Below, one piece after another: positions 1 to 9,766 of a stretch of 35,067 bases of DNA. Location of the stretch: contig CAZFIH010000004.1 of assembly GCA_964519445.1 (NCBI GenBank), forward strand, positions 1-35,067, read 5' to 3'. The stretch comes from an uncultured Bdellovibrionales bacterium (lineage in GTDB: Bacteria; Patescibacteriota; Minisyncoccia; Moranbacterales; UBA11712). The position numbers were made by a program, and so were the translations under genes. The notes under the pieces are model-generated. The model did not search any database, had not been told where the DNA came from, and saw only the letters and a list, made by a program, of their open reading frames with translations. Numbering within the stretch: the first letter of the stretch is position 1; each line of letters starts with the position of its first letter.

Positions 1-58
1 CCCGAGTAGAAAGCGGGGAAATCCGGAAACCGCGTTCGACGAGTCATAAGTGCTTTCC

Positions 59-367
59 TTATTTCAATTCTTTCTTCTTCTTCTCAAATTCTTCTTTGGT
101 TACCTCGCCTTTGGCGTATCTCTCCTTGAGAATTTCAATGGCTCTGTCACCTTTTTGTTTTTTTCCCTTTCCGCTTTCAGCTATATACTTGACGAGATAG
201 ACAGCTCCCGCGATCAACAATATCCAAAAAAGAAGCATAAAGATACCTCCTCCAAAAAATCCGAAAGTTCCCATACCCATGTGGTGGCTGTAAAAATCAT
301 CGCCGTAATGAGCCAGGGTCATTAGCGGAAGAAATAAAAATGGCAGGAATAGGTATTTTTTCATCAT
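59..367 (-). CDS. SHOCT-domain small membrane protein
   Basis: Start moved to MMKKYLF. His/Met/Gly-rich segment, one TM helix and a C-terminal AIEILKERYAKGEVTKEEFE SHOCT motif. It lies directly downstream of the copper ATPase. Confidence 0.85.
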   Translation of the reverse strand: MMKKYLFLPFLFLPLMTLAHYGDDFYSHHMGMGTFGFFGGGIFMLLFWILLIAGAVYLVKYIAESGKGKKQKGDRAIEILKERYAKGEVTKEEFEKKKKELK

Positions 368-402
368 AATTTCTAGTACGTGCCATCCGAAAAACAATTG
401 CG

Positions 403-2469
403 TTATTTATTCCTCACTTTCAACGTCTTGGCATTCACAGCGACGATTACGGTACTCAAAGACATAAACACCGCGCCCACTGCAGGTGATAATAGAATTC
501 CGTACCCGGCCAAAACGCCGGCTGCCAGCGGAATCGCAAAGACATTATAGCCCGTCGCCCAGACGAGATTCTGGATCATTTTCCGGTAAGTCGCCCTCCC
601 AAAAAGAATCAGGGAGGCGATGTCCCGTGGGTTGCTGTTCACGAGAATGATATCCGCTGTCTCGGCTGCGATGTCGGTTCCGGAACCAATCGCGATTCCG
701 ACATCGGCCTGTGCCAGAGCTGGGGCATCGTTGATTCCGTCTCCGACCATCGCCACAAGCTCCCCTTTTCGCTGGAGCTCTTTCACTTTTTCCTGTTTTT
801 CATCGGGAAGCACTCCGGCGAAATAGCCGTTTATTCCCAATTCCTCAGAAACGGCTCTGGCGGAGTTTTCGTTGTCACCCGTCAGCATCCATATTTTTAT
901 ATTCTGCTTCTTGAGGGATTTCACGGCTTCGTGTGATTCCTCGCGGACAGTGTCGGCCAGATTTATGGCACCGGCAAGAATATCTTTTCCGTTTTCCGAA
1001 ACAACCGTGAGGATCAAGGTGCCCTCGACATTTTTCAAATCTTCGGGAATGTCGAAACCGAGCTCCTTGGCATACCCGGGGCTCACAACCATGGTCTTTT
1101 TTTCTTCGACTTCAGCTTCCACCCCTTTTCCTTTGAGCGCCCGGAAGCCGTTTATTTTTACTGTTTCAATATTTCGCTTTTTGGCTTCCTCGAGGACGGC
1201 TTTGGCAATCGGATGCTCGGAGTTTCTCTCAAGGCTCGCGGAAAGCTTGAGAATGTCGTTTTCGCCGTAATTGTCATCGAGTGAATAAATTTTCTTCACG
1301 CTGAATGTTCCCTCGGTCAAAGTTCCCGTCTTGTCGAAAATAACGGTTGAGACATTCCTCGAATTCTCAAAAGCCGTCCTGTTTCGGATAAGCAGACCGT
1401 TTTGAGCGGAAAGTATGGAGGAAATTGCCACGACGAGCGGTATGGCAAGTCCCAGGGCATGGGGACAGGTGATGACCAACACCGTAGCCGTCCTCTCGAT
1501 GGCAAAGGCGAGATCCCCTCTTGCCAAGAACCAGGAGACGAAAGTTATGGCCCCGACTGAAAGAGCGATTACTGTAAGCCAGAAAGCGGCCCTGTCGGCA
1601 ATGTTCTGCGTTTTGGACTTCGATGCCTGGGCGCCCCGCACGAGATTTATCACTTTCGAAAGATAAGATTTTTCACCCACTCCTTCCGCTTTCACCGTGA
1701 GGGATCCGTCCCCGTTCAAAGATCCGCCGATGACCTTGCCGCCTTTTCCTTTGGAAACCGGTTTTGATTCCCCTGTAACCAGCGATTCGTTAACGAAACT
1801 CTCGCCTTCGAGAATCGTACCGTCAACCGGGATTTTTTCTCCCGGCTTCACGAGAATCGTGTCACCTTGCTCGATTTCGCTGGTGGCCACATCAACAATT
1901 TCTTCTCCCTTCACGAGATGAGCTTTGTCTGGAATAAGTTGGGTAAGTTTTTCGAGGGCGCTCGAAGCCCCCATAACCGATTTCATTTCCATCCAGTGCC
2001 CGAGGAGCATAATGTCGATCAGGGTAACCAGCTCCCAGAAAAACAGTTTCCCTTCCAGCCCGAAGACTACCGCCGTGCTGTAGAAATAGGCTACCGCGAT
2101 GGCAATGGAAATAAGCGTCATCATCCCGATAGCCCGAAAGCGGATCTCGTCGTAAGCCCCTTTTAGGAATGGATAGCCTCCATAGAGAAATACGATCGTG
2201 GAAATAAGGAAAAGCACCATCCTGTCGCCCGGAAACTTCAGGGAAAATCCGAGAAATTGCTGGACAAGAGGAGAAAGCGCGAGAACCGGAACGGTCAAAG
2301 CCAAAGATACCCAGAATTTCTGCCGGAATTGGGCCACAGAGTGGCCAGCGTGCTTGTGAAAACCCCCTTCTCCGGGAGCGGGCCCTCCACAGCAACTATG
2401 CGAGGAGTGATTCATTTTTTCGTGAGCGGCATCCCGGCCGCTGCCGTGATTTTCATGATCGTGATTCAT
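403..2469 (-). CDS. copB: Copper-translocating P1B-type ATPase (CopB-like)
   Basis: His-rich N-terminus (MNHDHENH...), TGES, CPH transmembrane motif, DKTGT phosphorylation site, SEHP, GDGIND, YN and MSLS motifs. Start taken at ATG 2469. Confidence 0.92.
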   Translation of the reverse strand: MNHDHENHGSGRDAAHEKMNHSSHSCCGGPAPGEGGFHKHAGHSVAQFRQKFWVSLALTVPVLALSPLVQQFLGFSLKFPGDRMVLFLISTIVFLYGGYPFLKGAYDEIRFRAIGMMTLISIAIAVAYFYSTAVVFGLEGKLFFWELVTLIDIMLLGHWMEMKSVMGASSALEKLTQLIPDKAHLVKGEEIVDVATSEIEQGDTILVKPGEKIPVDGTILEGESFVNESLVTGESKPVSKGKGGKVIGGSLNGDGSLTVKAEGVGEKSYLSKVINLVRGAQASKSKTQNIADRAAFWLTVIALSVGAITFVSWFLARGDLAFAIERTATVLVITCPHALGLAIPLVVAISSILSAQNGLLIRNRTAFENSRNVSTVIFDKTGTLTEGTFSVKKIYSLDDNYGENDILKLSASLERNSEHPIAKAVLEEAKKRNIETVKINGFRALKGKGVEAEVEEKKTMVVSPGYAKELGFDIPEDLKNVEGTLILTVVSENGKDILAGAINLADTVREESHEAVKSLKKQNIKIWMLTGDNENSARAVSEELGINGYFAGVLPDEKQEKVKELQRKGELVAMVGDGINDAPALAQADVGIAIGSGTDIAAETADIILVNSNPRDIASLILFGRATYRKMIQNLVWATGYNVFAIPLAAGVLAGYGILLSPAVGAVFMSLSTVIVAVNAKTLKVRNK

Positions 2470-2560
2470 ATTCCTAATACTATTACAACTTGAGCCATCA
2501 ATAAAATGCAAAAAACCCAACAAATATTTGGTTTTCAAATAATCACGAAAGAGTTATTGA

Positions 2561-2920
2561 TTACAATTGATGGCCAAATTCCGGTTTTTGAAAAACCATC
2601 AAAAGAAATCCGTTCACCAGCGCCAAAACGACGCTGAACGCCAGCGCCCACCAAAAATTGTCGACTGTGAAACCCGGGACAATTGCAGCCACCAGCATAA
2701 TCAGAAGCGCGTTGATGACGAAAGTGAATAACCCCAACGTGAGAATGTTTACCGGCAAAGTCAGAAAAATGAGTATCGGCCTCAAAACGGCGTTCACGAT
2801 GCCGATAAACATGGCAGTTAGGATTGTCGCGAAAATCCCCGCCACCGCGACGCCCGGTATTACGTAAGCAGTGATGTAAACAGCAACAGAGAGAATAATC
2901 CAAGAAATTAATATTTCCAT
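2561..2920 (-). CDS. Phage holin family (YvlD-like) 4-TM membrane protein
   Basis: Family motif NAVLRPILIFLTLPVNILTLGLFTFVINA, followed by VPGFTVDNFWWAL. Confidence 0.85.
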   Translation of the reverse strand: MEILISWIILSVAVYITAYVIPGVAVAGIFATILTAMFIGIVNAVLRPILIFLTLPVNILTLGLFTFVINALLIMLVAAIVPGFTVDNFWWALAFSVVLALVNGFLLMVFQKPEFGHQL

Positions 2921-2935
2921 TTTTGTATTGGTTAA

Positions 2936-3060
2936 TTATAAGCTAAAAATTTCAAAATTTGAATTCCTCGCAGGCGAAATGGAAACGGCGCCGAGTACCC
3001 CTATAAAAGCAACACCGAAAAGAAGATTATTCCCCAGGCAAACAATTTGATTTTTTTCAT
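2936..3060 (-). pseudogene. Possible frameshifted small membrane protein
   Basis: ATG at 3060 gives MKKIKLFAWGIIFFSVLLL*. A second frame continues hydrophobic (LLFGVAFIGVLGAVSISPARNSNFEIFSL*) to a stop just upstream of the holin gene. Confidence 0.3.
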
Positions 3061-3143
3061 GGAAAACTCTTAATTAATTGTCAGTCAGGCTTTGCAATGT
3101 ATTACAAGCGAATTTTTATATTATTTCGCCTTGCTTCGGCTTT

Positions 3144-4301
3144 TTAACGAGACAAATAAGCGGGTGAAAACCGGATAATTTTGTCATCGCCTTCCCCCGG
3201 TCTTCCCCGTCCGTCCGTGTTGCTGGTAAGGACATAAAAAATTTTATCCGGACCGACTACGACTTGGCGAAGCCTCCCGTATTGGCCGTCCAGATGTTCA
3301 GTCAGCTCTTCTTCGGCAATTTTGTATTCATAAAGAGTCCGGCCGCGAAGCCCGGCAAAAAAGATACTGCCGTCAAAATAGGCCGCCCCGCTCGGCGCCC
3401 AGGTAGTCGTCGGACCTGAATTTATAACCGGCGTTTCCATTCCCTCGCGAGACTCTCCGCCCTGAATAACCGGCCAGCCGTAGTTGGCGCCGCGCTTGAT
3501 GAGATTTAGTTCGTCGTAACCAGAGAGAATGCCGGAGCGGCCGTGCTCGGTGGCCCATAGTTGTCCATTGTCATCCCAGTCCAAGCCTTGGGCGTTGCGG
3601 TGGCCGTATGAATAGACGGGACTGCCGAATGGATTGTCTTCCGGAATTGAACCATCGTCCCGAACGCGCAAAATTTTTCCGGCGAGGGAATTTGTGTCTT
3701 GCGCCAAATTACCGTTTCCGGAATCACCCGTCGTAACATACAAAAATCCATCCGGACCGAAAGCGACTCTTCCTCCGTCGTGATTGGAGCCGGCCGGAAT
3801 ATTGTCAACAATGACAGTCTGTTCCGAAAGCTCGTCGCCCGACAGCTTATAGCGTTCCACGACATTTCTGGTCGCGCCGCCCCTCCTTGTCGTGAAATAA
3901 AGATACAGCCAGTTATTACTGGAAAAGTCGGGATGCAAAACCATGCCCAGAAGCCCGCCTTCGCCAATGTGAAGCGTCCCGGAAACGGGAATCGCAAAGC
4001 CGTCTTTTCCCAGTCGCTTGAGTGTCCCGGGACGTTCGGTGACCAACCGACTGCCGTCGGGAAGAAAGGTAAGTTCCCAAGGAATATCAAGATTTTGAGC
4101 AACAACTTCAGGATCTGTTATCCGACCATTGCCGAGATTTCCGTTTTCTCCGGTTTGCCCTTCAGCTTTTTCGCTATCGGCAACCCCGGGAAAAGAGGGA
4201 GCAATGCCATCAGTTTTGGAGTCCGGCCAAAATCTGTAGGCGGCTACGCCTGCCGCCCCTACCAGCACTGCAATTGCGGCAATTAGCAGACTTTTTTTCA
4301 T
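3144..4301 (-). CDS. PQQ-dependent sugar dehydrogenase (Asd/YliI family beta-propeller)
   Basis: N-terminal anchor; PWELTFLPDG, GEGGLLG, HDGGR, YGHRNAQG, NYGWP and GRLR motifs. Confidence 0.9.
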   Translation of the reverse strand: MKKSLLIAAIAVLVGAAGVAAYRFWPDSKTDGIAPSFPGVADSEKAEGQTGENGNLGNGRITDPEVVAQNLDIPWELTFLPDGSRLVTERPGTLKRLGKDGFAIPVSGTLHIGEGGLLGMVLHPDFSSNNWLYLYFTTRRGGATRNVVERYKLSGDELSEQTVIVDNIPAGSNHDGGRVAFGPDGFLYVTTGDSGNGNLAQDTNSLAGKILRVRDDGSIPEDNPFGSPVYSYGHRNAQGLDWDDNGQLWATEHGRSGILSGYDELNLIKRGANYGWPVIQGGESREGMETPVINSGPTTTWAPSGAAYFDGSIFFAGLRGRTLYEYKIAEEELTEHLDGQYGRLRQVVVGPDKIFYVLTSNTDGRGRPGEGDDKIIRFSPAYLSR

Positions 4302-4351
4302 AAAAATATTTTATTTCTTAAATATGTTCAGTTTTTCAATTTTTGAAATTC

Positions 4352-5527
4352 TCACTCGCTCTTTTTCATCTTGAGCCAAAGAAAAATATCCCGCCGGCTA
4401 ACAAGCCCGACAATTTCTCCTTCCTGCATAACCGGAATTTGATGAATATTTTTCCGCGACATTCGGCGCAAAACGTCGTTGATTTCGTCATCAGGAGAAG
4501 CTGTTTCCAGATCCGGCAGTCTGGTCATGGCGTCTTTGACAATTTTTTCCGGCCATCGCGGCCTGGCAATCTTCTGAAGATCGCTCAAGCTGATTATGCC
4601 TGAAATTTTGCCTTCCTTTTCGACAACATAAGAAGAATCATCGCTCCCAATGAGATACGTGTCCACAAAATCTTCGAGAGGCAAACTTTCGTCCACCGTT
4701 TTGAAATCGGTTCTCATCAAGTCTCGAACCCGCAGATTTTCGAGCTGGCCCATAATGACGACTTGCTTATACGACTGGCGGGCGGCATTGGTAAGAAACC
4801 AGCCGATAATCGCAATCCACAGTCCGCCGGCGACTCCTTTTCCGAAAACTGGTATGGCAAATCCGAAAATCATCAACAGGCCGCCGAAAATGAAAAGGTA
4901 ACCGACCGCTTGCCCCAAATATGAGGATATCCGAGTCGCCGATTCCAGATTGCGATTGAAAGCCCAAATGGCCGAGCGCAGAATTCTTCCCCCGTCAAGC
5001 GGAAATCCCGGAAGAAGATTGAAAATGCCGACCAGAATATTGACCATGCCCAGCCAAAGAAGCATTAGCTGAAAAGGAGAAAGTCGGGTGGCAATCTCGC
5101 TCGGCGTGACTGTTTGAGGATCAAGTCCTCCCAGCATCGGCCTCGAGATAAAAAGAAAAACTATTCCGATGACAACGCTGGTGGCCGGGCCGACTACCGC
5201 CATTAGAAACTCTGTGGAGGGAGAATCGGGTTCTTTTTCAATATTCGAGACTCCACCCAAGAGAAAGAGGGTAATTTGCGACACGTTCAATCCCCTGGCT
5301 TTGGCAACCAGAGAATGGGCCATTTCATGGGCAAGAAGAGAAACAAAAAATATGATTGATCCGACAAAGCCGAGGAGCCAATGAAATACGACAGAACGAT
5401 CGGGATAAAGCCCCGGAAAGAGACCGACTGCCAAATTGACCGTTATCAAAAGAAAAATAATTATCCAGCTGACGTGAATCCGAATATCTATACCGAAAAT
5501 CCGGCCGATTTTGTAGCTGTTTTCCAT
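4352..5527 (-). CDS. Site-2 protease (M50) with C-terminal CBS pair
   Basis: HEMAH zinc motif, FNLLPGFPLDGG, two CBS domains. Start taken at MENSYK. Confidence 0.92.
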   Translation of the reverse strand: MENSYKIGRIFGIDIRIHVSWIIIFLLITVNLAVGLFPGLYPDRSVVFHWLLGFVGSIIFFVSLLAHEMAHSLVAKARGLNVSQITLFLLGGVSNIEKEPDSPSTEFLMAVVGPATSVVIGIVFLFISRPMLGGLDPQTVTPSEIATRLSPFQLMLLWLGMVNILVGIFNLLPGFPLDGGRILRSAIWAFNRNLESATRISSYLGQAVGYLFIFGGLLMIFGFAIPVFGKGVAGGLWIAIIGWFLTNAARQSYKQVVIMGQLENLRVRDLMRTDFKTVDESLPLEDFVDTYLIGSDDSSYVVEKEGKISGIISLSDLQKIARPRWPEKIVKDAMTRLPDLETASPDDEINDVLRRMSRKNIHQIPVMQEGEIVGLVSRRDIFLWLKMKKSE

Positions 5528-5624
5528 AAGTATTACTACAAAAAACAGCCGCAGATATTGCATACGCGCAAGATATCGAAGCTTCGGAAGTACTATTGAT
5601 ACAGGGATTACTCGAGGAGTGTAA

Positions 5625-6233
5625 ATGCGGGCCAGAATGAATATATTTTCCGAGGAAAAAAACTCCGATTCGGAAAAATCTCTCCGTCACGAGCCCAATT
5701 GGAAAGAGAGAATGTTTTTTCTTTTTTCCGGAATGGCGATGAGCATCCCTTTTACTTTGTTTTTCAGTTCTATTGCCGACCAGTTTTTGCAGAGAAGCCT
5801 TCCCGGCTTTTTGACGGTCCCCCTGCTGGCGATTCTCGCCGCTCCGCTTCTTGAGGAATTTGCCAAAGCCTTTCCGCTTTTTTACCGACACCGTGAAAGC
5901 CAAAAATCCATTGTCACCCTCGGATTCCTGACCGGTTTGGGTTTCGGTATAATTGAATTTTTTCTCTACGTTTTGGCCTTCGGGGCTCCAATACTCGTCC
6001 GGCTGCCGGCCATGTTTTTTCACGCTACCAATACGGCCATTGTCGGATACGGAATTTCCATAAAGAGAGCATTGCCTTTTTACGCTTTGGCTGTTTTTCT
6101 TCACGCGGCAATCAATTTCGGAGCAACGCTCGCCATGTCTCCAATTCTTGTCCCGCTCGCGGCTGTTCTGATATCCTATATCGTCGCATTTGTGATCATG
6201 CGTCTTTCCTCCCGGCGGATTGTCGCGTATTAA
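5625..6233 (+). CDS. PrsW-family intramembrane glutamic protease
   Basis: APLLEEFAK, GFGIIE, HATN and HAAIN motifs; multiple TM helices; GAGGAG upstream of the ATG. Confidence 0.85.
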   Translation: MRARMNIFSEEKNSDSEKSLRHEPNWKERMFFLFSGMAMSIPFTLFFSSIADQFLQRSLPGFLTVPLLAILAAPLLEEFAKAFPLFYRHRESQKSIVTLGFLTGLGFGIIEFFLYVLAFGAPILVRLPAMFFHATNTAIVGYGISIKRALPFYALAVFLHAAINFGATLAMSPILVPLAAVLISYIVAFVIMRLSSRRIVAY

Positions 6234-6257
6234 ACTCAAAATGGGTTTCGCAATTTC

Positions 6258-6289
6258 CCAAAAACACCCCCCACACAGGGTGTTTTTGG
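6258..6289. terminator. Bidirectional intrinsic terminator
   Basis: Perfect 12-bp stem CCAAAAACACCC/GGGTGTTTTTGG between convergent genes. Confidence 0.75.
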
Positions 6290-6324
6290 CCAGCAATTTT
6301 TTTTCATCCATCTGCGCCTAGGAC

Positions 6325-7158
6325 TCATTCGAAGTAAGCAAAGATGCTTTTTACTTTTCCCCAAGCATACTGTAAAGCATTTATCTCTTCCGCATTTTGA
6401 TTGATCGCCATATCCTGATTCATTTCTCCGGCCACTGCGTCGGGATGGATTATGTCCTCAAGAAAATCAAAGAAAGATGGATTTCCTTTTCTCGCCAACG
6501 GCTCCTTTTCGGGTTGGGGCGCGGGCGGCGTGATGGGCTCCGCGATTTGGGGTTCCGGATTTTCAATATTCTCCCCTGTTGAAGATGATCCGAGGTCACT
6601 TTCTTTTTCAGGAATCTCAACAGTCGGCTCGGGTTCGGCAACCGGAGCAGTCTCCGGCGGCTTTGGAGCAGGAGCCGGTTCTTTTTTGGCGATTGGCTTC
6701 GGCCGCTCTACATAATCAGTGGTCATCTCCGCTTTCTTATCTTTGTAGTCAAATTCAATTTTGATTGTTTCACCCGGATGGGCCGTGAACTTGATGGAAG
6801 CGAACTTTTTTCCGCCTTTATATGTCGTCCTGTCTTCAGTCCCTCCGCGATAAGCGCTTATCTTGTAGTCGCCGTCCTTGGCATCATCAAATGTCACTTT
6901 GGTCCCAAACTCTTTTTCCACGTAATGGCCGTCATCTCTGTACATCACCATTTTGTACTCGCTGGATTTTCCGTGATAGTCGTCAATTTCGCATTTGATT
7001 ATCGTTCCGCCGTGATCAAGCACCCAGTCTTTGCTCCGGGCCCCATATCCCCACCAGGCGTTGGCGAGAGCCGAATGAACCGGCAAAACAAGGCAAAAGG
7101 CAAGCAAGGTACCGAGAAAAATATTCAAATTAGCACGATCGTTTTTCATATTTTTCAT
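6325..7158 (-). CDS. Hypothetical secreted protein with Pro/Glu-rich linker
   Basis: Signal peptide (…VHSALA), beta-rich N-terminal domain, and a PAPAPKPPETAP low-complexity region. Confidence 0.75.
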   Translation of the reverse strand: MKNMKNDRANLNIFLGTLLAFCLVLPVHSALANAWWGYGARSKDWVLDHGGTIIKCEIDDYHGKSSEYKMVMYRDDGHYVEKEFGTKVTFDDAKDGDYKISAYRGGTEDRTTYKGGKKFASIKFTAHPGETIKIEFDYKDKKAEMTTDYVERPKPIAKKEPAPAPKPPETAPVAEPEPTVEIPEKESDLGSSSTGENIENPEPQIAEPITPPAPQPEKEPLARKGNPSFFDFLEDIIHPDAVAGEMNQDMAINQNAEEINALQYAWGKVKSIFAYFE

Positions 7159-7312
7159 AATAACAATTCGATTTCATTTATTCAAGTCTTTGTTTTATTT
7201 TTCAGATTATCAGAAAAAATATTTTCTAAATGCACGCCACAGCCCTTTCGAAATCTAAACCGGCTTACGCATGTAATACAATCTAAGAGCCTAATGAGTT
7301 GATTTATTGCAA

Positions 7313-8176
7313 ATGAAAAGGGAATTTGTCTATTTGATTGCAATCATAAGTGTTCTCGCTATAGTCTCTCTTGTATTTCTCTTTGGGTCCAATTTCGATT
7401 CGAATTATTTGGTAGAGTCCCGAATCAGCAATAGCGACCAATCCGAAGAATCAGAAAAAGAAAGTAATTCCCCGCAGAAAGGAGCTTCGGAGCGGCCTGA
7501 TGTTAATTCTGGCGCTCTTCTCCCCGACCTTTGGGTGCAAAAACTGGCCAGTGCCTATATCGTCGCCGGCGCGGACGGCAGCCGGGCACTTCGCTTCCCG
7601 GGTACCTTCGCCAATACCGGCGACGGACCGCTCGAACTCGAGGGAAACCCCAATGAAGATGGCGAGACGATACGCGCGACGCAAATAATCTACCAAAAAG
7701 ACGGATCAAAAGAAGAGCGTCTGGCCGGCGATTTCATTTTCCATCCGACCCATCGCCATTGGCATTTTGAAGATTTCGTTTCTTTTTCCCTTCTCGAAAC
7801 TGAGAATGATAATCAACCAGGCCGAGAACTGGTTAGTACCGGGAAAATCACCTATTGCATCCACGATTACGGTTCGCTCCCCGATGATTATCCCGGAAAA
7901 CCGGGAAGCATCGTGTATCCCTGGTGCGCCGCCTCGTTTGAAACCCAGGGAATTTCCGTCGGCTGGGTGGATACCTACACGGCCGATGTTCCGGGACAGG
8001 AGCTGGATATTACGAACCTGCCGGACGGAACCTACGCCTTTCGGGCCGTCGCCGACCCGGAAAACCGGCTAATAGAAAAAGACGAAAGCAACAATACGAC
8101 AATTACGTTCATCGAAATAGAGCAAAATTCAGTCCGAATATTGGATAATCATCCTTACGATCCACAGCAGCCGTAA
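7313..8176 (+). CDS. Lysyl-oxidase-like protein, membrane anchored
   Basis: FHPTHRHWHF copper-binding His motif, KITYC, GISVGWVDTY, LDITNLPDGTY and DPENRLIEKDESNN match the LOX catalytic domain. N-terminal TM helix. Confidence 0.8.
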   Translation: MKREFVYLIAIISVLAIVSLVFLFGSNFDSNYLVESRISNSDQSEESEKESNSPQKGASERPDVNSGALLPDLWVQKLASAYIVAGADGSRALRFPGTFANTGDGPLELEGNPNEDGETIRATQIIYQKDGSKEERLAGDFIFHPTHRHWHFEDFVSFSLLETENDNQPGRELVSTGKITYCIHDYGSLPDDYPGKPGSIVYPWCAASFETQGISVGWVDTYTADVPGQELDITNLPDGTYAFRAVADPENRLIEKDESNNTTITFIEIEQNSVRILDNHPYDPQQP

Positions 8177-8880
8177 TCGCACGGATCAAGCCAGTTAGAA
8201 AGGAGTTCCGGTCTGGTGATGTAGCCTTTGAGCTCGCAATTTTTTCCAAGATGAATCGCGAGGTGCAAGTGCTTCCGCGCGCCGTCGGTTTCTTCGCTCT
8301 TGTCGTCACCGAGATGTCCGATTATTTCACCGGCTTTCAGATTCTCGCCGGTTCTTTTTTTTATGCTCACGAGATCCAAGTGTCCGTAAACTACAGTTAT
8401 CGGCTCGCCCTCGAGTTCGCATTCCTGGACCCCTACCCCGCCGTAACCGGTCGCGTATTTTTTGAGAATCAAGGTGCCGTCGCAAACGGCCCGCACGGGA
8501 ACATCGCGATTTAATTCTTCGGGAAATATTTCCCAATCAACGCCGGTGTGGTAGCCGAGGAATTTATCCGGCTGAACCGGGGAAGTTTCCGGAGTGATGT
8601 ACATTCCGAAATGTTTTTTGATGATTCTCTCCTCCGCCCGGTCCATCGGCGGGACAAAATCGGAATCGCTCTCTACTCTCTCGTAATTATTAACATCGCT
8701 GTCTTTAACCTCTTGACTTGCAGGTGTTGTGTCCTTATCATTCTTACTGTTATTCACTTCCTGAACTTCACCGCTGGCTATCAGAGGCGTATCTTGCTCT
8801 CTGGATTTGTAATACATAAAAAAACCCGTCAGCAAAATTACGATGAATGTAAAATATATGTAAATTCGGTAATTTCTCAT
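8155..8880 (-). CDS. M23 family metallopeptidase
   Basis: HTGVD (HxxxD), YGHL and HLH motifs; N-terminal TM anchor. Confidence 0.85.
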   Translation of the reverse strand: MRNYRIYIYFTFIVILLTGFFMYYKSREQDTPLIASGEVQEVNNSKNDKDTTPASQEVKDSDVNNYERVESDSDFVPPMDRAEERIIKKHFGMYITPETSPVQPDKFLGYHTGVDWEIFPEELNRDVPVRAVCDGTLILKKYATGYGGVGVQECELEGEPITVVYGHLDLVSIKKRTGENLKAGEIIGHLGDDKSEETDGARKHLHLAIHLGKNCELKGYITRPELLSNWLDPCDYGCCGS

Positions 8881-8979
8881 ACTTCAAGCAAAAAATCACG
8901 CTCTATTTTGGCATACTTAATGACATTCGCGGAGACAGGCAATATATCCTGATACGCAATCCCAAGATTTCCTCATTCG

Positions 8980-9007
8980 AAAAAAACACTTACCGAAGTA
9001 AGTATTT
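8980..9007 (-). terminator. Intrinsic terminator after the HEPN toxin gene
   Basis: Minus strand reads AAAUACUUAC-UUCG-GUAAGUG followed by a U tract (cUUCGg tetraloop). Confidence 0.8.
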
Positions 9008-9031
9008 GTTGAAAGTTGATTTGCGAAAAAA

Positions 9032-9370
9032 TCAACCAGATTTGCTCTGATATTTCTCCAGAGCTGATTTCAAAGCGATGATGTCTTCTGCAGCTGTTTT
9101 CCAAACTTCATTCAAGTCTACGCCGAAATAATCGTGAATTAACTTGTTTCGCATTCCAATAACATTCCTCCAGGGAATTTCAGGGATGGATTTCATTAAG
9201 CCGTCGGACAATCTTTTTGAGGCTTCTCCGACAACTTCCAATTTTCTCAAAACTGCATCCTGCGTCTTTTTGTCTTTCAGGAATTCATCAAATGAAATAC
9301 CCGCTATGTACTCCTCAATCCCTGAAATAGCTTCGAGGATGTGTCCAATGTATATTTTATCGCTTTTCAT
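9032..9370 (-). CDS. HEPN/DUF86 RNase toxin (HepT-like)
   Basis: RNKLIHDY (RX4H) motif and EVVGEASKRLS. Overlaps the upstream MNT gene. Confidence 0.9.
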   Translation of the reverse strand: MKSDKIYIGHILEAISGIEEYIAGISFDEFLKDKKTQDAVLRKLEVVGEASKRLSDGLMKSIPEIPWRNVIGMRNKLIHDYFGVDLNEVWKTAAEDIIALKSALEKYQSKSG

Positions 9371-9653
9371 AAATAACTTTCAGGTCTTTCATTACTTCTT
9401 CCTTAATAAAGGGGCTGATGAATCCCTCCGTCACTAAATCAACTTTTTTTCCTAACTTCTCGGACAATGATATTTCCATTCCGACAAGCTTAAATAGTCC
9501 AATCGGTTTTCTGAATCTGACGAGCAAATCTATGTCACTGTCTTTTTTTTCCTCCCCTCTTGAAAACGAACCAAAAACACCAGCGAACTCAACGCCGTTG
9601 CTTTCAAAAATTGGCTTTATTAAATTGAGGTCAATTTTTTTCTCTTCGTTCAT
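9357..9653 (-). CDS. Minimal nucleotidyltransferase antitoxin (MntA-like)
   Basis: FGSFSRGEEKKDSDIDL (GSX10DXD) motif and KVDLVT. Start at MNEEKK, alternatively 9659. Confidence 0.9.
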   Translation of the reverse strand: MNEEKKIDLNLIKPIFESNGVEFAGVFGSFSRGEEKKDSDIDLLVRFRKPIGLFKLVGMEISLSEKLGKKVDLVTEGFISPFIKEEVMKDLKVIYEKR

Positions 9654-9659
9654 ATTCAT

Positions 9660-9689
9660 ATTATACGCATAAAAGGGGAAATTCATCAA
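9660..9689 (-). promoter_or_regulatory. Sigma70 promoter of the toxin-antitoxin operon
   Basis: TTGATG-18nt-TATAAT, ending 6 nt before ATG 9653. Confidence 0.65.
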
Positions 9690-9709
9690 ATTTCTCAAAT
9701 TTCCCAATC

Positions 9710-9733
9710 AAAAACGCCCAGTAAAAGGCATTT
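9710..9733 (-). terminator. Putative terminator
   Basis: AAATGCC-TTTTACTG-GGCGTTTTT hairpin downstream of the 9767-11158 gene. Confidence 0.55.
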
Positions 9734-9766
9734 ACGATTCTTGATTCTATCGATAATTTGAACAGG

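Noticed and set aside
2561-2920. Prophage suggested by the holin-family gene and M23 peptidase
   Set aside because: This holin-like family is common in non-phage contexts, and no structural, terminase or integrase genes are present.
3506-4286. 199-aa and 195-aa alternative-frame ORFs in the sugar dehydrogenase gene
   Set aside because: They overlap a well-supported gene and have no motifs; expected in GC-richer coding DNA.
5325-6311. 328-aa minus-strand ORF
   Set aside because: Antisense shadow of the PrsW gene; no recognisable motifs.
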